A stretch of DNA of 20,000 nucleotides from an uncultured virus (IMG/VR IMGVR_UViG_3300027156_000007) (IMGVR_UViG_3300027156_000007:57403-77402); one strand, 5' to 3'. Shown: positions 1 to 9,829, counted from the stretch's first letter. The notes: a model not told the origin generated them from the sequence alone. Program-made: numbers and translations.

Positions 1-284
1 CAGATTTTGTTAAAAATAAACTAACAGAGTTTTGTGATTCAGAGAACTTTGACAAATTCTTTGAAAAAGAAAACTTTATCAAAATAGAAGGTATAGAAAA
101 CGCTAAAAAACATGATATTATTGTGTTCAAGTATTTAGATAACTATCCTTCTCATTTTGGCATTTACCTTGAACAAGGTTATATTTTGCACCAACCAAGA
201 AATAAAAAGTCAATAATAGAAAAACTAACAAACGCAGAGAAGAGAAGGATCTATTGTTTTGCAAGGAGTAAACAATTATGTTAA
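1..284 (+). CDS. NlpC/P60-domain tail tip assembly protein (gpK-like paralog), 5'-truncated by the window
   Basis: Not in the ORF track. Frame +3 is open from the window edge to TAA at 282-284: ...FDKFFEKENFIKIEGIENAKKHDIIVFKYLDNYPSHFGIYLEQGYILHQPRNKKSIIEKL...RIYCFARSKQLC*. It has the NlpC/P60 C-terminal pattern (D-hhh, H-x-G-I-Y-L, ILH) and aligns with the C-terminus of the next gene (KKNDVLIM...IHCAVYLGEDTILHHPGNKRSLTEKL). It overlaps the next start by 7 nt. Confidence 0.88.
   Translation, partial: DFVKNKLTEFCDSENFDKFFEKENFIKIEGIENAKKHDIIVFKYLDNYPSHFGIYLEQGYILHQPRNKKSIIEKLTNAEKRRIYCFARSKQLC
263..268 (+). promoter_or_regulatory. Possible Shine-Dalgarno site for the gene at 278
   Basis: AAGGAG lies 9 nt upstream of ATG 278. 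It sits inside the upstream CDS and could be coincidental. Confidence 0.4.
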
Positions 285-1024
285 CAGAAGAGCTTAAAAA
301 TAAAATCATAGAACACGCTAATACTTCTAATAATGAAGTATGCGGCGTTTTAGTACATACAGATAATGGACTAGAGGTACAAAAGAAAGATAACCTCATT
401 AATTCAGCTACTGAATTTGCGATGGATATTTATAGCCAATCTAATTTTGCGGCTTATTATCATTCTCATATAGATTTTGATGCTATTTCAAATGCAGACG
501 AAATTGTTTCTGAAAGGCTAGGCTTACCATGTATAGTTTATAATAAACAGAGTGGAGTTTTTCACATCTATTATCCAAATGGATATAAAATTCAATATAC
601 AGACAGACCTTTTCTTTTAGGTTTTGCTGATTGCCTTTGGTTAGTAAAAGATTATTTCTGTCATGATTTAAATATTCATTTATGCCCAGAGTTAGAGGTT
701 CTAAAAGAATCTGTATCTGAGCAAGAGTATAATGATATAGTAACTAAAAGATTCACAGACGAAGAAGCCGCATTAAAGGAAAAAGATAATTATTTAAAGA
801 GATATTTTGAGTACAACGGTTTTAGAGAAGTTTCTAATTTTAAAAAGAACGATGTTCTAATAATGAGAACAAGAGGTTATAATTTTCCTATCCATTGCGC
901 TGTTTATCTTGGAGAAGATACTATTTTACATCACCCCGGAAATAAGCGTTCTCTTACCGAAAAGCTTTCTAACCAATACAAAAAATGGGTAATTTATATA
1001 ATGAGACATCACCTTTATGACTAG
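278..1024 (+). CDS. Tail tip assembly protein K-like (N-terminal JAB/MPN metallopeptidase + C-terminal NlpC/P60 domain)
   Basis: JAB motifs EVCGVL and YHSHIDFDAISNAD (HxH..S..D); NlpC/P60 catalytic Cys in GFADCLWLVKDYF and His in IHCAVYLG...ILHH. It lies immediately before I-like and J-like genes, as in lambda. Confidence 0.9.
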   Translation: MLTEELKNKIIEHANTSNNEVCGVLVHTDNGLEVQKKDNLINSATEFAMDIYSQSNFAAYYHSHIDFDAISNADEIVSERLGLPCIVYNKQSGVFHIYYPNGYKIQYTDRPFLLGFADCLWLVKDYFCHDLNIHLCPELEVLKESVSEQEYNDIVTKRFTDEEAALKEKDNYLKRYFEYNGFREVSNFKKNDVLIMRTRGYNFPIHCAVYLGEDTILHHPGNKRSLTEKLSNQYKKWVIYIMRHHLYD

Positions 1025-1742
1025 CATTACCTTACACGGAGAAATAGCAGAGCAAGTGGGAAGAGAAAATTGGAATTTAAAAGTAAATTCCATAAAGGAA
1101 GCATTGCGAGCTATTCAAGTCTTATCTAAAGGCAAACTCCTAAAATATCTAATAGGAGCAGCAGAAAAAAGCGTAGAGTATAAAGTGCTTGTTAATAAGA
1201 GAGAAATAATGAATCCAGAAAGCATTTCTCTAGAAAAACCAGATTCTATTCTCAATTCTGAATTAGTAATGATTAACGAAAAGCTAGAAACCTTAGATAT
1301 CGTTCCAATTATTAGGGGTGCTGGTGGAGGAGGCGGAAACAATACGACCAAAGGAGTCTTAGCTTTAGTTCTTGGCGTTTTGCTAATAGCCACAGGCGTT
1401 TTTGCGCCAGTTGGGTTTGGGCTTGGGCTATCTGCTACAGCAAGTGCGACTTTATCAGGAGCATTAATTGGAGCAGGTATAGGATTAGCTGTAACAGGTA
1501 TTACATTGTTAATGATGTCGCCTCCAAAATTTGATGATTTTAGAAAAATCCAAGAAGATGGCAGCAAGCCAAACTACTTATTTGACGGACCTTCTAACAT
1601 TCTTGGAGAAGGTGGTCCTGTTCCAATTGGTTATGGTAGAATGAAAATAGGATCTCAGACAGTTGAGGTATCTGTCAATAATATTGAGCTAGATAATAAA
1701 TCAACAGCAGCAGACGTAAAAGACCAAATAAATAATATATAA
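1017..1742 (+). CDS. Tail tip assembly protein I-like (ubiquitin-like N-terminus, Gly-rich linker, hydrophobic segment)
   Basis: N-terminal ITLHGEIA...LKVNSIKEALRAI; LDIVPIIRGAGGGGG; Ala/Gly-rich hydrophobic stretch; C-terminal NYLFDGPSNILGEGGPVPIGYGRMKIGSQTV, typical of the lambda gpI family. 8-nt overlap with the upstream gene. Confidence 0.92.
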   Translation: MTSITLHGEIAEQVGRENWNLKVNSIKEALRAIQVLSKGKLLKYLIGAAEKSVEYKVLVNKREIMNPESISLEKPDSILNSELVMINEKLETLDIVPIIRGAGGGGGNNTTKGVLALVLGVLLIATGVFAPVGFGLGLSATASATLSGALIGAGIGLAVTGITLLMMSPPKFDDFRKIQEDGSKPNYLFDGPSNILGEGGPVPIGYGRMKIGSQTVEVSVNNIELDNKSTAADVKDQINNI

Positions 1743-1743
1743 A

Positions 1744-4700
1744 ATGAACAATCTTGAAGATTTTAAATACATAAAAGGTTTTGGTGGAGGTGGAGCAAGC
1801 GTAGCTCCAACGCCAACTGCTGCATATGAAGATGTCGAGGGATTTGTATATGATGGACTTACTTATAACGTATATCAATTTGCCAAAGTAAAAGATCTTT
1901 TGTCAGAAGGACCAATTGGAGGTCTTCTTGAGGGGCAATATAGTTTTTCAGGGCAAGTTGGAGACCTAGGATTTAAAAAAGTCACTTATAATGAATACCC
2001 ATCAGTTGTGGGCAGCGATGGAGAATCAAAATATTTAAGATCAGTTCAATGGAATCAAACCCCTCTTTTAGATAGCCAAGATAAATATAATTTCCAACAA
2101 ATAAACATCCAAACAACTAATGGAACTCCAGAAGGAAGTTCGTCAGGAGGAGAGTTCGACAATGTTTCTTACATCCGTTCAATAGGAGAGAGGCTCAGAG
2201 GACCAAATCTACTAGCCGCAACCGAAGACGAAGTGTTAGATTATCAGAGGACTTATCGCATTTTAAACAGAGAATGCAAAAAGATTTCTCTTAATTTTAG
2301 AGTTTCTTCTCTTTATATCAGCTTAAAATATCAAGATTTAAAAGCAATATCAGAAAGAGGTTTAAAAATAGAAGGAGTAACAAGCGCAAACGTAAGCAGT
2401 GCTACATTCACATTAGATCCAACAAGTAGAGATACTGAATTAACGAATGGACAAACATTAGATGCTGGTGTGGGTTCTGTAATTCGTCACAACTTTAAAA
2501 TAAGAATAAGAATTTCGCCAATTTACAAAGAAGGCTACAATGGCAACTCCGCAGTACTTGATCTAATTTCAGATAAAGCCAAAGTAATTGATGATTCTAA
2601 AGACTTAGCTGTCACAGTGGACACTTTCCCTCAAATATTTGAACTAGAATCAAAAGGAAAAATTACTCAAGGATATTCTAAACAAATTATTTTTGATACC
2701 TCTTCCAACTTTCTCTCATTGAATGAAAATGAAAATTGGTTAGGTTGGGATATTTCAGTATTAAAGATCACCCCAGAAGACACTTATTCTTCAAGAGCTT
2801 CTTTCATAAGTTTAGAAAGTATTACTGAAATATATTCTTCTTCGTTTAGATATACAAATTCCGCTATTGTAACTTCTAAGTTTAACGCTGCGTATTTCTC
2901 AAAGATTCCAGAAAGATCTTATGATGTCAAATTATTAAAGGTTAAGGTTCCTGCTAATTATGATCCAATAACAAAAACCTATGGAAATACAACTCCACTT
3001 TCAATTACAGCTACTAATTCATTCGCTAAAACTGATAAAGTAATCACAACAGATTTCTTTGTTGGAGAAAACAATGTATATACAAATTCAGACAATGTTA
3101 ATCCTCCAATTACAGATGGATTAATTGCTCAATTTGATGCAAGCAACCCTTCTTTAACTACTACTTCAGCAGGAGCAGTGACTAATTGGCCCAATACTGT
3201 AGCTGGATCAACTATAAAATGCGTTTTAGGAAACGGAACTTATGCATCTCCAAATGGAAGTGCTGAGAGGCCAACATATGGGTCATCATATTCAGAACAA
3301 AGTCCAAATGGAAGCTATGGTGTTTCATTTACAACTACTCAAAAAGCAAAATTTGTTTATCAAGTTGAAGCAACTCCATTAGCTGATGCTAGTAATAATT
3401 ATACTGTATTTGCTGTCTGTAAATGGGACGATACCGCAACTAACACAGAAAGAAATAGAATACTTTCTTCTTCTACTTCAGCAGATTCTTTTGTTTTAGG
3501 ATTTGACGCTAAATTTAATAGTACTTTTATAATAGGAGCGCAAATATATGGAGTCATGAATCCTAATTTTTATCCATATAATCGTTCTAATTATTGGAAT
3601 ACTTCTAACGATACAAATACATATATAGTAGGAGCAAGCGTAAACAATCTAAAAGATGTAAATATATTTTGGCAAAATACTAATTACTTTGTAAGACCAT
3701 ATTATAGAGTAGATGCTCCAAAAGGTTTAGCTATTAATTATTCTACACCAACTTCAAGCAAATGTACTGTATTTGAAATACTAGTATATAATAAAGCTCT
3801 ATCAAAATCAGATGGTATTAAAATAAGAAACTGGCTTAACAATAAATGGAACGTAACCAGAAATAACGTAACAACCGTTAGTTCTATTGTAGGCTCTTAT
3901 AGTACAAACGTTCTCAACGTGCAGTCAGACACTTATATAAAAATGCCATTAAAAACTTTATGCGCTAATGGTCAAAGAACAAAGGCTTATAATTATACAG
4001 GAGGAAATTTAGCTCAAAACAACTATTATGAATGGGATTTAATACCACAAAGATATTGGAAAGGAAATGGCCCGAATAATTTTTCTTTAAAAGACCAAGG
4101 ATTTTGTAGTTTTTATTGCGACTTCTTTATTAAATTAGGAAGCAGTATTGGAAACGGAAACTATACTCTAATCCATAGAAGCAATCAGTTTAATCTTTCC
4201 ATGACGATATCTGGAGAAAACGTAAGCTTGATACTTACAGTTATTTCTCCAAATGAAAGCAAAAATTATACCATTACAAAAGCCTTAGAGTCAACGAAAT
4301 ATTCTACGACTAAACTTAAAGCGAATTTTACAAGAATTAGTTTCTATATACTTCCAAAAGTAGTAAAACCAAGTATATCGTACACCACAAACGCAAGTAG
4401 AGTAACTAACATAAATATATCAGATAAAACTTGGACTAATGACTATATAACGGTTAGAAGGACGACAACAGATGGAAACGAAAGAGCGTTAGCACAAGAA
4501 CTAAAAGATTTTTATTTAGTAAAAGCAGTAAGTTTTAAAGAAGATACTTCTTATAGTAGTGATATTAACAACTTACCAGAAACTTGTTATAAATATATAT
4601 ACTGTAATTTTAATCAAGGTCAGGTTACTACAGGTGTCGCAGGAAAAACTCCAATTTATGCCCCCGCTATTGAAAGAAGGCTTACTAAAGAATACTTCCC

Positions 4701-7700
4701 AGACATATTAAATGCAGAGATAGATGTTCTAGTTAACCTAGAAAAGCAAATTCAATGTAATATAAATATTTCAAATTATGATGCTTATCAAACTCTTTGT
4801 GTTGGAGCTTTATACAGACCTACTACAGACGCTAATTGGCAAAATGAAATAAATCAAAGAGCGCAAGTAGCTTCACTTACTCAAGCAGCCTTAAATGCTT
4901 ATAACAAACTAGAATATCATAAAACATTCGATGGATCTTCTACTTCAGTAAGCTTAAGTTCTTCTCAGAGTGAAGTTAAAGTGCTTATCCCTCTTGCTGC
5001 TGGACAAATTTACGACGCAGTAAATACAAAAACTGGTCCTTTCATTCCTTCTTATTTTATAACTAATAATAATCAAATAGAAATCTTTACATCACCCGCT
5101 GGCTTCGGTGGCAAAATACAAGGTTATGCTGATTCTATTAGAGTAAATCAAATTGATTTCGACAGGCTTTCTTTGGCTAAATCATTTGCGAGAAATCTTT
5201 TCTCAGAAGGTCTTTCTAGAAAAACTACTGTTTATGACGTAGCAGGAGTATTGCCTTATTCTACATCAAATGATTATTGGGATGGAGAATTTAAAACTGA
5301 AAAAGAATGGACAGATAATCCAGCTTGGTGTTTCTATGATCTTTTAACAAATAAGAGATATGGAGTAGGTAACTATGTTACAGAAAATGACGTAGACAAA
5401 TGGTCTCTTTATCAAATAGCTAAATATTGCGATGAACTTGTCTCAGATGGATTTGGAGGAGTAGAACCAAGATTTACATGTAACGTTTATTTACAAACGC
5501 AAGATGATGCTCTTAAAGTATTGTCTGATATGGCTTCTGTATTTAGAGGAATGTTCTATTATTCAAATGGATTCATTTACGCCATAAATGATATGCCAGA
5601 AGATACCCCTATTTATTCTTTCACTAATTCAAATGTATCTGATGGTAATTTTACTTACGAATCTACATCATTAAAAGACAGAAATTCTGTGGTCTATATT
5701 AGATATATTGATAAGAATAATTTTTATAAACCAGCAGTAGAATATGTAGAAAATATCGAGGCTGTTAGAAAATTTGGTTTTAAAGAAACCGAATTAACTG
5801 CCTTTGGATGCACAAGCAGAGGCCAAGCTCAAAGACTTGGCAGATGGTTATTAGCTTCAGAATACAATGAAACAGAAACAGTTTCTTTTGAAGCTGGCCC
5901 AGAATGCGTATACTTAAAACCCGGAGATGTAATTAAAGTCTACGATTATAATAGAAAATATAAAACAGTAGGCGGAAGATTAAATAATATTAACATCTCT
6001 GGAGACACAAATGTAACTACTGGAATACTAACTCTAGATAGAAAACTTGATTTTAACTTTTCTGGAAATCAAAATTATAAGCTAACCATACTTTCTCCCA
6101 AGTATAATCTAGATCCTAGTTTTAAAGACGCAGCAGGAAACAGTATCGTTACCAGTAACCTTGATTATAATGATTATAGAAAGCCTCTTACTAATTCATT
6201 CATAGTAGGAAGCGGCAACTTAATTACTGGTCAATATTATGATTCAATTAGAATTACTGGACTAGCCCCAGTAATAGCTTCTACGTTAAATGTAACTGGT
6301 TTGTCTTACTTTACAGGAGCATCAGGAATGTCTCCAAAGTCAATAACTTGGGCTTTAGAAAACTCTGGAAATCTTAATGGATCTACGGATAGTGATTATG
6401 ATTTCTATAGAGTATTTAGAATACAAGAGTCTACAGAAGGAAGTAATTATACAGTAATTGGCTCGCAGATGTATCACTTAAAGTATGCTCAAATAGAATC
6501 TGGATTAAATATCACGCCAGCAAAACCACCAGCACCAGAAGCTTCCGCCCCTTCAAGAGCATTATTTACTCTTGGCGTTGCAGAGGCTAATGGAGTAGTA
6601 GATCAAAGCAAGGTATTGATTGAAATCTTTTACGACTCTTCTATAAAAGACACTACAATAGGCTTCAAGATATTTAATAAAGCCTTTTATGGATCAGAAT
6701 TTAATCCAAATAGCTCTAGTGATTTTAAATTTGTTCCAATTGATATTTATGAATCTTATATAAGTACTGTTGTGGACAAGAGTAATATAAAAGGATCTAT
6801 AAGAATCTACGGCGCAAATATTAACAATAGCTCTCCATTAACTTATGTTGAAGCTTTAAACTCTCAAAATTCAAGCGAGTTATTCGTATCTCCAGTTGTT
6901 CCAATTACTTATGATGATGTAAACACAAATTCATCAATCACTTTAAACAATAAAGTTTACGCTTTTACTTCTCCAATTGATTTAACAAAGGGACAATACT
7001 TTCAACCAGCCATACCTTCTCAAGTTCAATCCATTAAACCTTCAGAATCTTTATCATTTAACCTACCTTTGCAGTTCATAAAAAATCCAAACAAATTCAA
7101 TAATCTTGATTATCCTTATTCAATAGTAATAATACCCGAAAAAGTAAATACAAAAGAAGCTTTTATCACTAGTTATAGCAAGTATCTTAATGTTTCAAAC
7201 TGGCAAGATTATTTAACATTTGATGAAGATAACACTAACGATAATACATACAACTATAAGACTTCAAATGTTTTTGCTAAATATAGAGACTTCTCTTTAG
7301 CGATAGACAAGAGAACATTCACGGAAGCTGGAATGAGATCTACTTCTAATGATTTTAAGAATGTAAATGGATTTTTGCTAGTGACTTATGACAATCAAGA
7401 TACTAATTTAAAAGGATTTTTAGATGCAATTTTAAACGACACAAGAGCAGATTACTCTATTGTTACAACCCAAGGATCAAATAGATTAAAATTCACTATT
7501 CAGCAAGACACAGCAAGCTCTTTTGTTAATTATTTTTATTTGCTATTAATGCCTAGCGAAAACAAATTTGCATTTGGAACAAATTCAATAAATCATAATT
7601 CTGATGGAAGTCCATTCTCTGTCAATGACACTAGCGGAAAAGAAATTACTGACTCTCACTTTATAACAGTACCAAATAACCAATCTATATTTAATTTCAA

Positions 7701-9129
7701 TGATTTAAGTGATGATAATGGTAAAGGATTTGATTCTACTCAATATAATGCTTATTTGATAGCTGTAGATTCATTCATGTTTGCTTGGCAATTTAATTCA
7801 AATGCAGCAACAGCAAGAAATATCTTAGATTATTATTCTAGCTTTATTGATAAAGATAATAATGTAGGAAAAGTTTATGCACAAATTAGTGATCCAATTA
7901 TTATAAAACAAGAATCACCTATTCCATTATCTTTCTCTCTAGAGTCTGTATTGAAAGATGCTGATACTAGATATCTTCATTTTACAATTAATAAGACTAT
8001 ACTAACTGAAAATATATTTGACACTAGCGTAAATACGCTTGCTGCACCAGCTTATGCAATTTCTAGAAGGAGTGTAATTTATAAGCCTACTACAAATGCA
8101 AACCTAGCAATAGGAGCTAAAGACGACAGAGTATTATCTTCAGATCCAGATGGTACTATGGCTTATTATAAACTCTCTTTACAAAATAGAGATAATATAC
8201 CAAATGCATCATTATCACCAAAAATACCCACTGGCAAGAGAGCTTATGTTCTAAACGGTAATAAGATTTTCACAAGAGCTTTAGCTGCTAACACAAGTCT
8301 TACCCCTCAATTATTAAGAGGAGTAGAATCAGAATCAGTAGCATCTAATGCCTTTAGGGCTAATCGCAAAATAACAAATAGCTCTTTTGGCGAAGGAAGC
8401 GAAGAATTTTTCGACATCTCTATAACGAGATTAATCAACAGCACGTTTACTGGAAACATAAAGAGTCTAATTCCTGATTATACAAATTTTTATGCAGTTC
8501 CTATAAACGCTCAAAATTCAAATACAGAAGCAAGTGCAAAAACTGTTTTTGATACTCTATTAAATGATGGATTGCTCAATTCATCTTTTAATACAATAAA
8601 TGTCACTCCTGAAAATAACTTTTCTGAACTTGGAGTTAATACTAAAAATGTTCAGATGCTTATAAATGCAGAACCAAACAATTTTACTGTTTATACTATA
8701 AACCAACAAACAGCAGCTTCATTTGGTTTGGGCATACCAAATTCTACTTTTTATGCTGGAATTCCAGTATTAGAAAGCGAATCTTTATCTGTTTTCTTTA
8801 CAATTGGAAGTGTTAATAAGACAAAGGCTATAAAAGTATATTGCTTCATTGGAGAAGATTTCGTTGCTAGTGAAGTAGATAAAACACAAATAATACCGGG
8901 AGATGATAATGTAATTAAGGTTACGTTAAAGAATATTCCTTATGCAAATTATTATACCAATACTGTTTCTTATGGTAATAATACATCAATAACTAATCCA
9001 ACTTTCTGGAAATTTAAGAGTGCTAAGAACTTAGCTTTTGCACATTTATCTGCAAGATCGGGTAATAGATTTCCTTTATATAATTTCCATATCCAAGCAT
9101 TAGAACTATCAATAGTAATAACTTACTAA
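1744..9129 (+). CDS. Tail tip / host-specificity protein J-like (central tail fibre hub), 2461 aa, with a large internal insertion
   Basis: gpJ-family motifs DLLSEGPIGGL, IPERSYDVKLLKVKVPANYDP, WDGEFK..WTDNPAWCFYDLLTNKRYG, LYQIAKYCDELVSDGFGGVEPRFTCN, DMASVFRGM, AFGCTSRGQAQRLGRWLL and LKPGDVIKVYD. Confidence 0.93.
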   Translation: MNNLEDFKYIKGFGGGGASVAPTPTAAYEDVEGFVYDGLTYNVYQFAKVKDLLSEGPIGGLLEGQYSFSGQVGDLGFKKVTYNEYPSVVGSDGESKYLRSVQWNQTPLLDSQDKYNFQQINIQTTNGTPEGSSSGGEFDNVSYIRSIGERLRGPNLLAATEDEVLDYQRTYRILNRECKKISLNFRVSSLYISLKYQDLKAISERGLKIEGVTSANVSSATFTLDPTSRDTELTNGQTLDAGVGSVIRHNFKIRIRISPIYKEGYNGNSAVLDLISDKAKVIDDSKDLAVTVDTFPQIFELESKGKITQGYSKQIIFDTSSNFLSLNENENWLGWDISVLKITPEDTYSSRASFISLESITEIYSSSFRYTNSAIVTSKFNAAYFSKIPERSYDVKLLKVKVPANYDPITKTYGNTTPLSITATNSFAKTDKVITTDFFVGENNVYTNSDNVNPPITDGLIAQFDASNPSLTTTSAGAVTNWPNTVAGSTIKCVLGNGTYASPNGSAERPTYGSSYSEQSPNGSYGVSFTTTQKAKFVYQVEATPLADASNNYTVFAVCKWDDTATNTERNRILSSSTSADSFVLGFDAKFNSTFIIGAQIYGVMNPNFYPYNRSNYWNTSNDTNTYIVGASVNNLKDVNIFWQNTNYFVRPYYRVDAPKGLAINYSTPTSSKCTVFEILVYNKALSKSDGIKIRNWLNNKWNVTRNNVTTVSSIVGSYSTNVLNVQSDTYIKMPLKTLCANGQRTKAYNYTGGNLAQNNYYEWDLIPQRYWKGNGPNNFSLKDQGFCSFYCDFFIKLGSSIGNGNYTLIHRSNQFNLSMTISGENVSLILTVISPNESKNYTITKALESTKYSTTKLKANFTRISFYILPKVVKPSISYTTNASRVTNINISDKTWTNDYITVRRTTTDGNERALAQELKDFYLVKAVSFKEDTSYSSDINNLPETCYKYIYCNFNQGQVTTGVAGKTPIYAPAIERRLTKEYFPDILNAEIDVLVNLEKQIQCNINISNYDAYQTLCVGALYRPTTDANWQNEINQRAQVASLTQAALNAYNKLEYHKTFDGSSTSVSLSSSQSEVKVLIPLAAGQIYDAVNTKTGPFIPSYFITNNNQIEIFTSPAGFGGKIQGYADSIRVNQIDFDRLSLAKSFARNLFSEGLSRKTTVYDVAGVLPYSTSNDYWDGEFKTEKEWTDNPAWCFYDLLTNKRYGVGNYVTENDVDKWSLYQIAKYCDELVSDGFGGVEPRFTCNVYLQTQDDALKVLSDMASVFRGMFYYSNGFIYAINDMPEDTPIYSFTNSNVSDGNFTYESTSLKDRNSVVYIRYIDKNNFYKPAVEYVENIEAVRKFGFKETELTAFGCTSRGQAQRLGRWLLASEYNETETVSFEAGPECVYLKPGDVIKVYDYNRKYKTVGGRLNNINISGDTNVTTGILTLDRKLDFNFSGNQNYKLTILSPKYNLDPSFKDAAGNSIVTSNLDYNDYRKPLTNSFIVGSGNLITGQYYDSIRITGLAPVIASTLNVTGLSYFTGASGMSPKSITWALENSGNLNGSTDSDYDFYRVFRIQESTEGSNYTVIGSQMYHLKYAQIESGLNITPAKPPAPEASAPSRALFTLGVAEANGVVDQSKVLIEIFYDSSIKDTTIGFKIFNKAFYGSEFNPNSSSDFKFVPIDIYESYISTVVDKSNIKGSIRIYGANINNSSPLTYVEALNSQNSSELFVSPVVPITYDDVNTNSSITLNNKVYAFTSPIDLTKGQYFQPAIPSQVQSIKPSESLSFNLPLQFIKNPNKFNNLDYPYSIVIIPEKVNTKEAFITSYSKYLNVSNWQDYLTFDEDNTNDNTYNYKTSNVFAKYRDFSLAIDKRTFTEAGMRSTSNDFKNVNGFLLVTYDNQDTNLKGFLDAILNDTRADYSIVTTQGSNRLKFTIQQDTASSFVNYFYLLLMPSENKFAFGTNSINHNSDGSPFSVNDTSGKEITDSHFITVPNNQSIFNFNDLSDDNGKGFDSTQYNAYLIAVDSFMFAWQFNSNAATARNILDYYSSFIDKDNNVGKVYAQISDPIIIKQESPIPLSFSLESVLKDADTRYLHFTINKTILTENIFDTSVNTLAAPAYAISRRSVIYKPTTNANLAIGAKDDRVLSSDPDGTMAYYKLSLQNRDNIPNASLSPKIPTGKRAYVLNGNKIFTRALAANTSLTPQLLRGVESESVASNAFRANRKITNSSFGEGSEEFFDISITRLINSTFTGNIKSLIPDYTNFYAVPINAQNSNTEASAKTVFDTLLNDGLLNSSFNTINVTPENNFSELGVNTKNVQMLINAEPNNFTVYTINQQTAASFGLGIPNSTFYAGIPVLESESLSVFFTIGSVNKTKAIKVYCFIGEDFVASEVDKTQIIPGDDNVIKVTLKNIPYANYYTNTVSYGNNTSITNPTFWKFKSAKNLAFAHLSARSGNRFPLYNFHIQALELSIVITY
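3103..3849 (+). other. LamG/concanavalin A-like jelly-roll domain inside the gpJ insertion
   Basis: Pattern PITDGLIAQFDAS...VTNWPN...RPTY...GVSF...YTVFAV...RILSS...EILVYNKALSKSDGIKIRNWLNNKW matches the LamG-like modules common in phage tail proteins. Confidence 0.72.
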
Positions 9130-9130
9130 A

Positions 9131-9829
9131 ATGAAACACTACATCGTATATTTTATAAATGGCAGTCATAAATATGTGCAATCTTCTCTCGACTTGATGG
9201 AAAATTTAGATCGCCTAGAACTTGTAGGTATAAACTATGAAGTTGTAGATTACATTGTTCCTTTAGAAAAGCATATTGATCAAAGCATACTAGAGTATAG
9301 AAAATTTCTTCCTGACGGAAACTCCATATGGAAAAAAGAAAATCTTATTGATAAAAAAGTCAAAGAAATGACTGCAAAAAGAAATGCTTTATTACAGAAG
9401 CTTGATATTGACTTCATTATTTCTTTAGAGACTCCTAATAATAGGCAAACAGAAGTTATTAAAAACAACAAAAAGTTTCTAAGAGAGTTGTCTTGCAGAA
9501 CAGAAATGCACCATGTTCATGACTGCGAAAAGATTCATAAGTTTAATGCTTTCTATAACATAGTAGATATACAAATTATTGACCCCGGTTATGGTTGCTC
9601 AGAGTCTGTCCCTTGCGTCACCATCTCTCCTCCTGAAGAAACTGAATTCAACTATGGTCTAACTGCTTCTGCTCACGCTATCAGAGGTTCAAAAGGAGAG
9701 TTACTTTCTTTAACAATGGAGAAATTGGGTTGCGGTTACATTTCAGATCCACAGATCAAAATAAGCGGATATGAATCAGAAAGCGCAAAACATCCTATTG
9801 TAAAAGCAGTAATTGACAATATAATGTAG
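9131..9829 (+). CDS. Putative tail fibre assembly/chaperone-like protein with C-terminal GxGY beta repeats
   Basis: 232-aa ORF starting 1 nt after the gpJ stop. KRNALLQKLDIDF...KKFLREL resembles the R-xx-LL-xx-D...K-xx-LRD helical motif of phage tail assembly chaperones. The C-terminal IQIIDPGYG...PCVTISPP...LTMEKLGCGYISDPQIKI resembles the G(S)GY...P.V.I repeats of virion structural proteins. Confidence 0.55.
   Translation: MKHYIVYFINGSHKYVQSSLDLMENLDRLELVGINYEVVDYIVPLEKHIDQSILEYRKFLPDGNSIWKKENLIDKKVKEMTAKRNALLQKLDIDFIISLETPNNRQTEVIKNNKKFLRELSCRTEMHHVHDCEKIHKFNAFYNIVDIQIIDPGYGCSESVPCVTISPPEETEFNYGLTASAHAIRGSKGELLSLTMEKLGCGYISDPQIKISGYESESAKHPIVKAVIDNIM

Noticed and set aside
127..1878. Minus-strand ORFs 127-399, 1115-1567 and 1675-1878
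   Set aside because: They are antisense shadows of well-supported K, I and J genes and have no recognisable motifs.
2983..5277. Intein or intron as the explanation for the gpJ insertion
   Set aside because: No N-terminal Cys/Ser splice block, no C-terminal His-Asn, no LAGLIDADG motifs; the frame is open and lectin-like.
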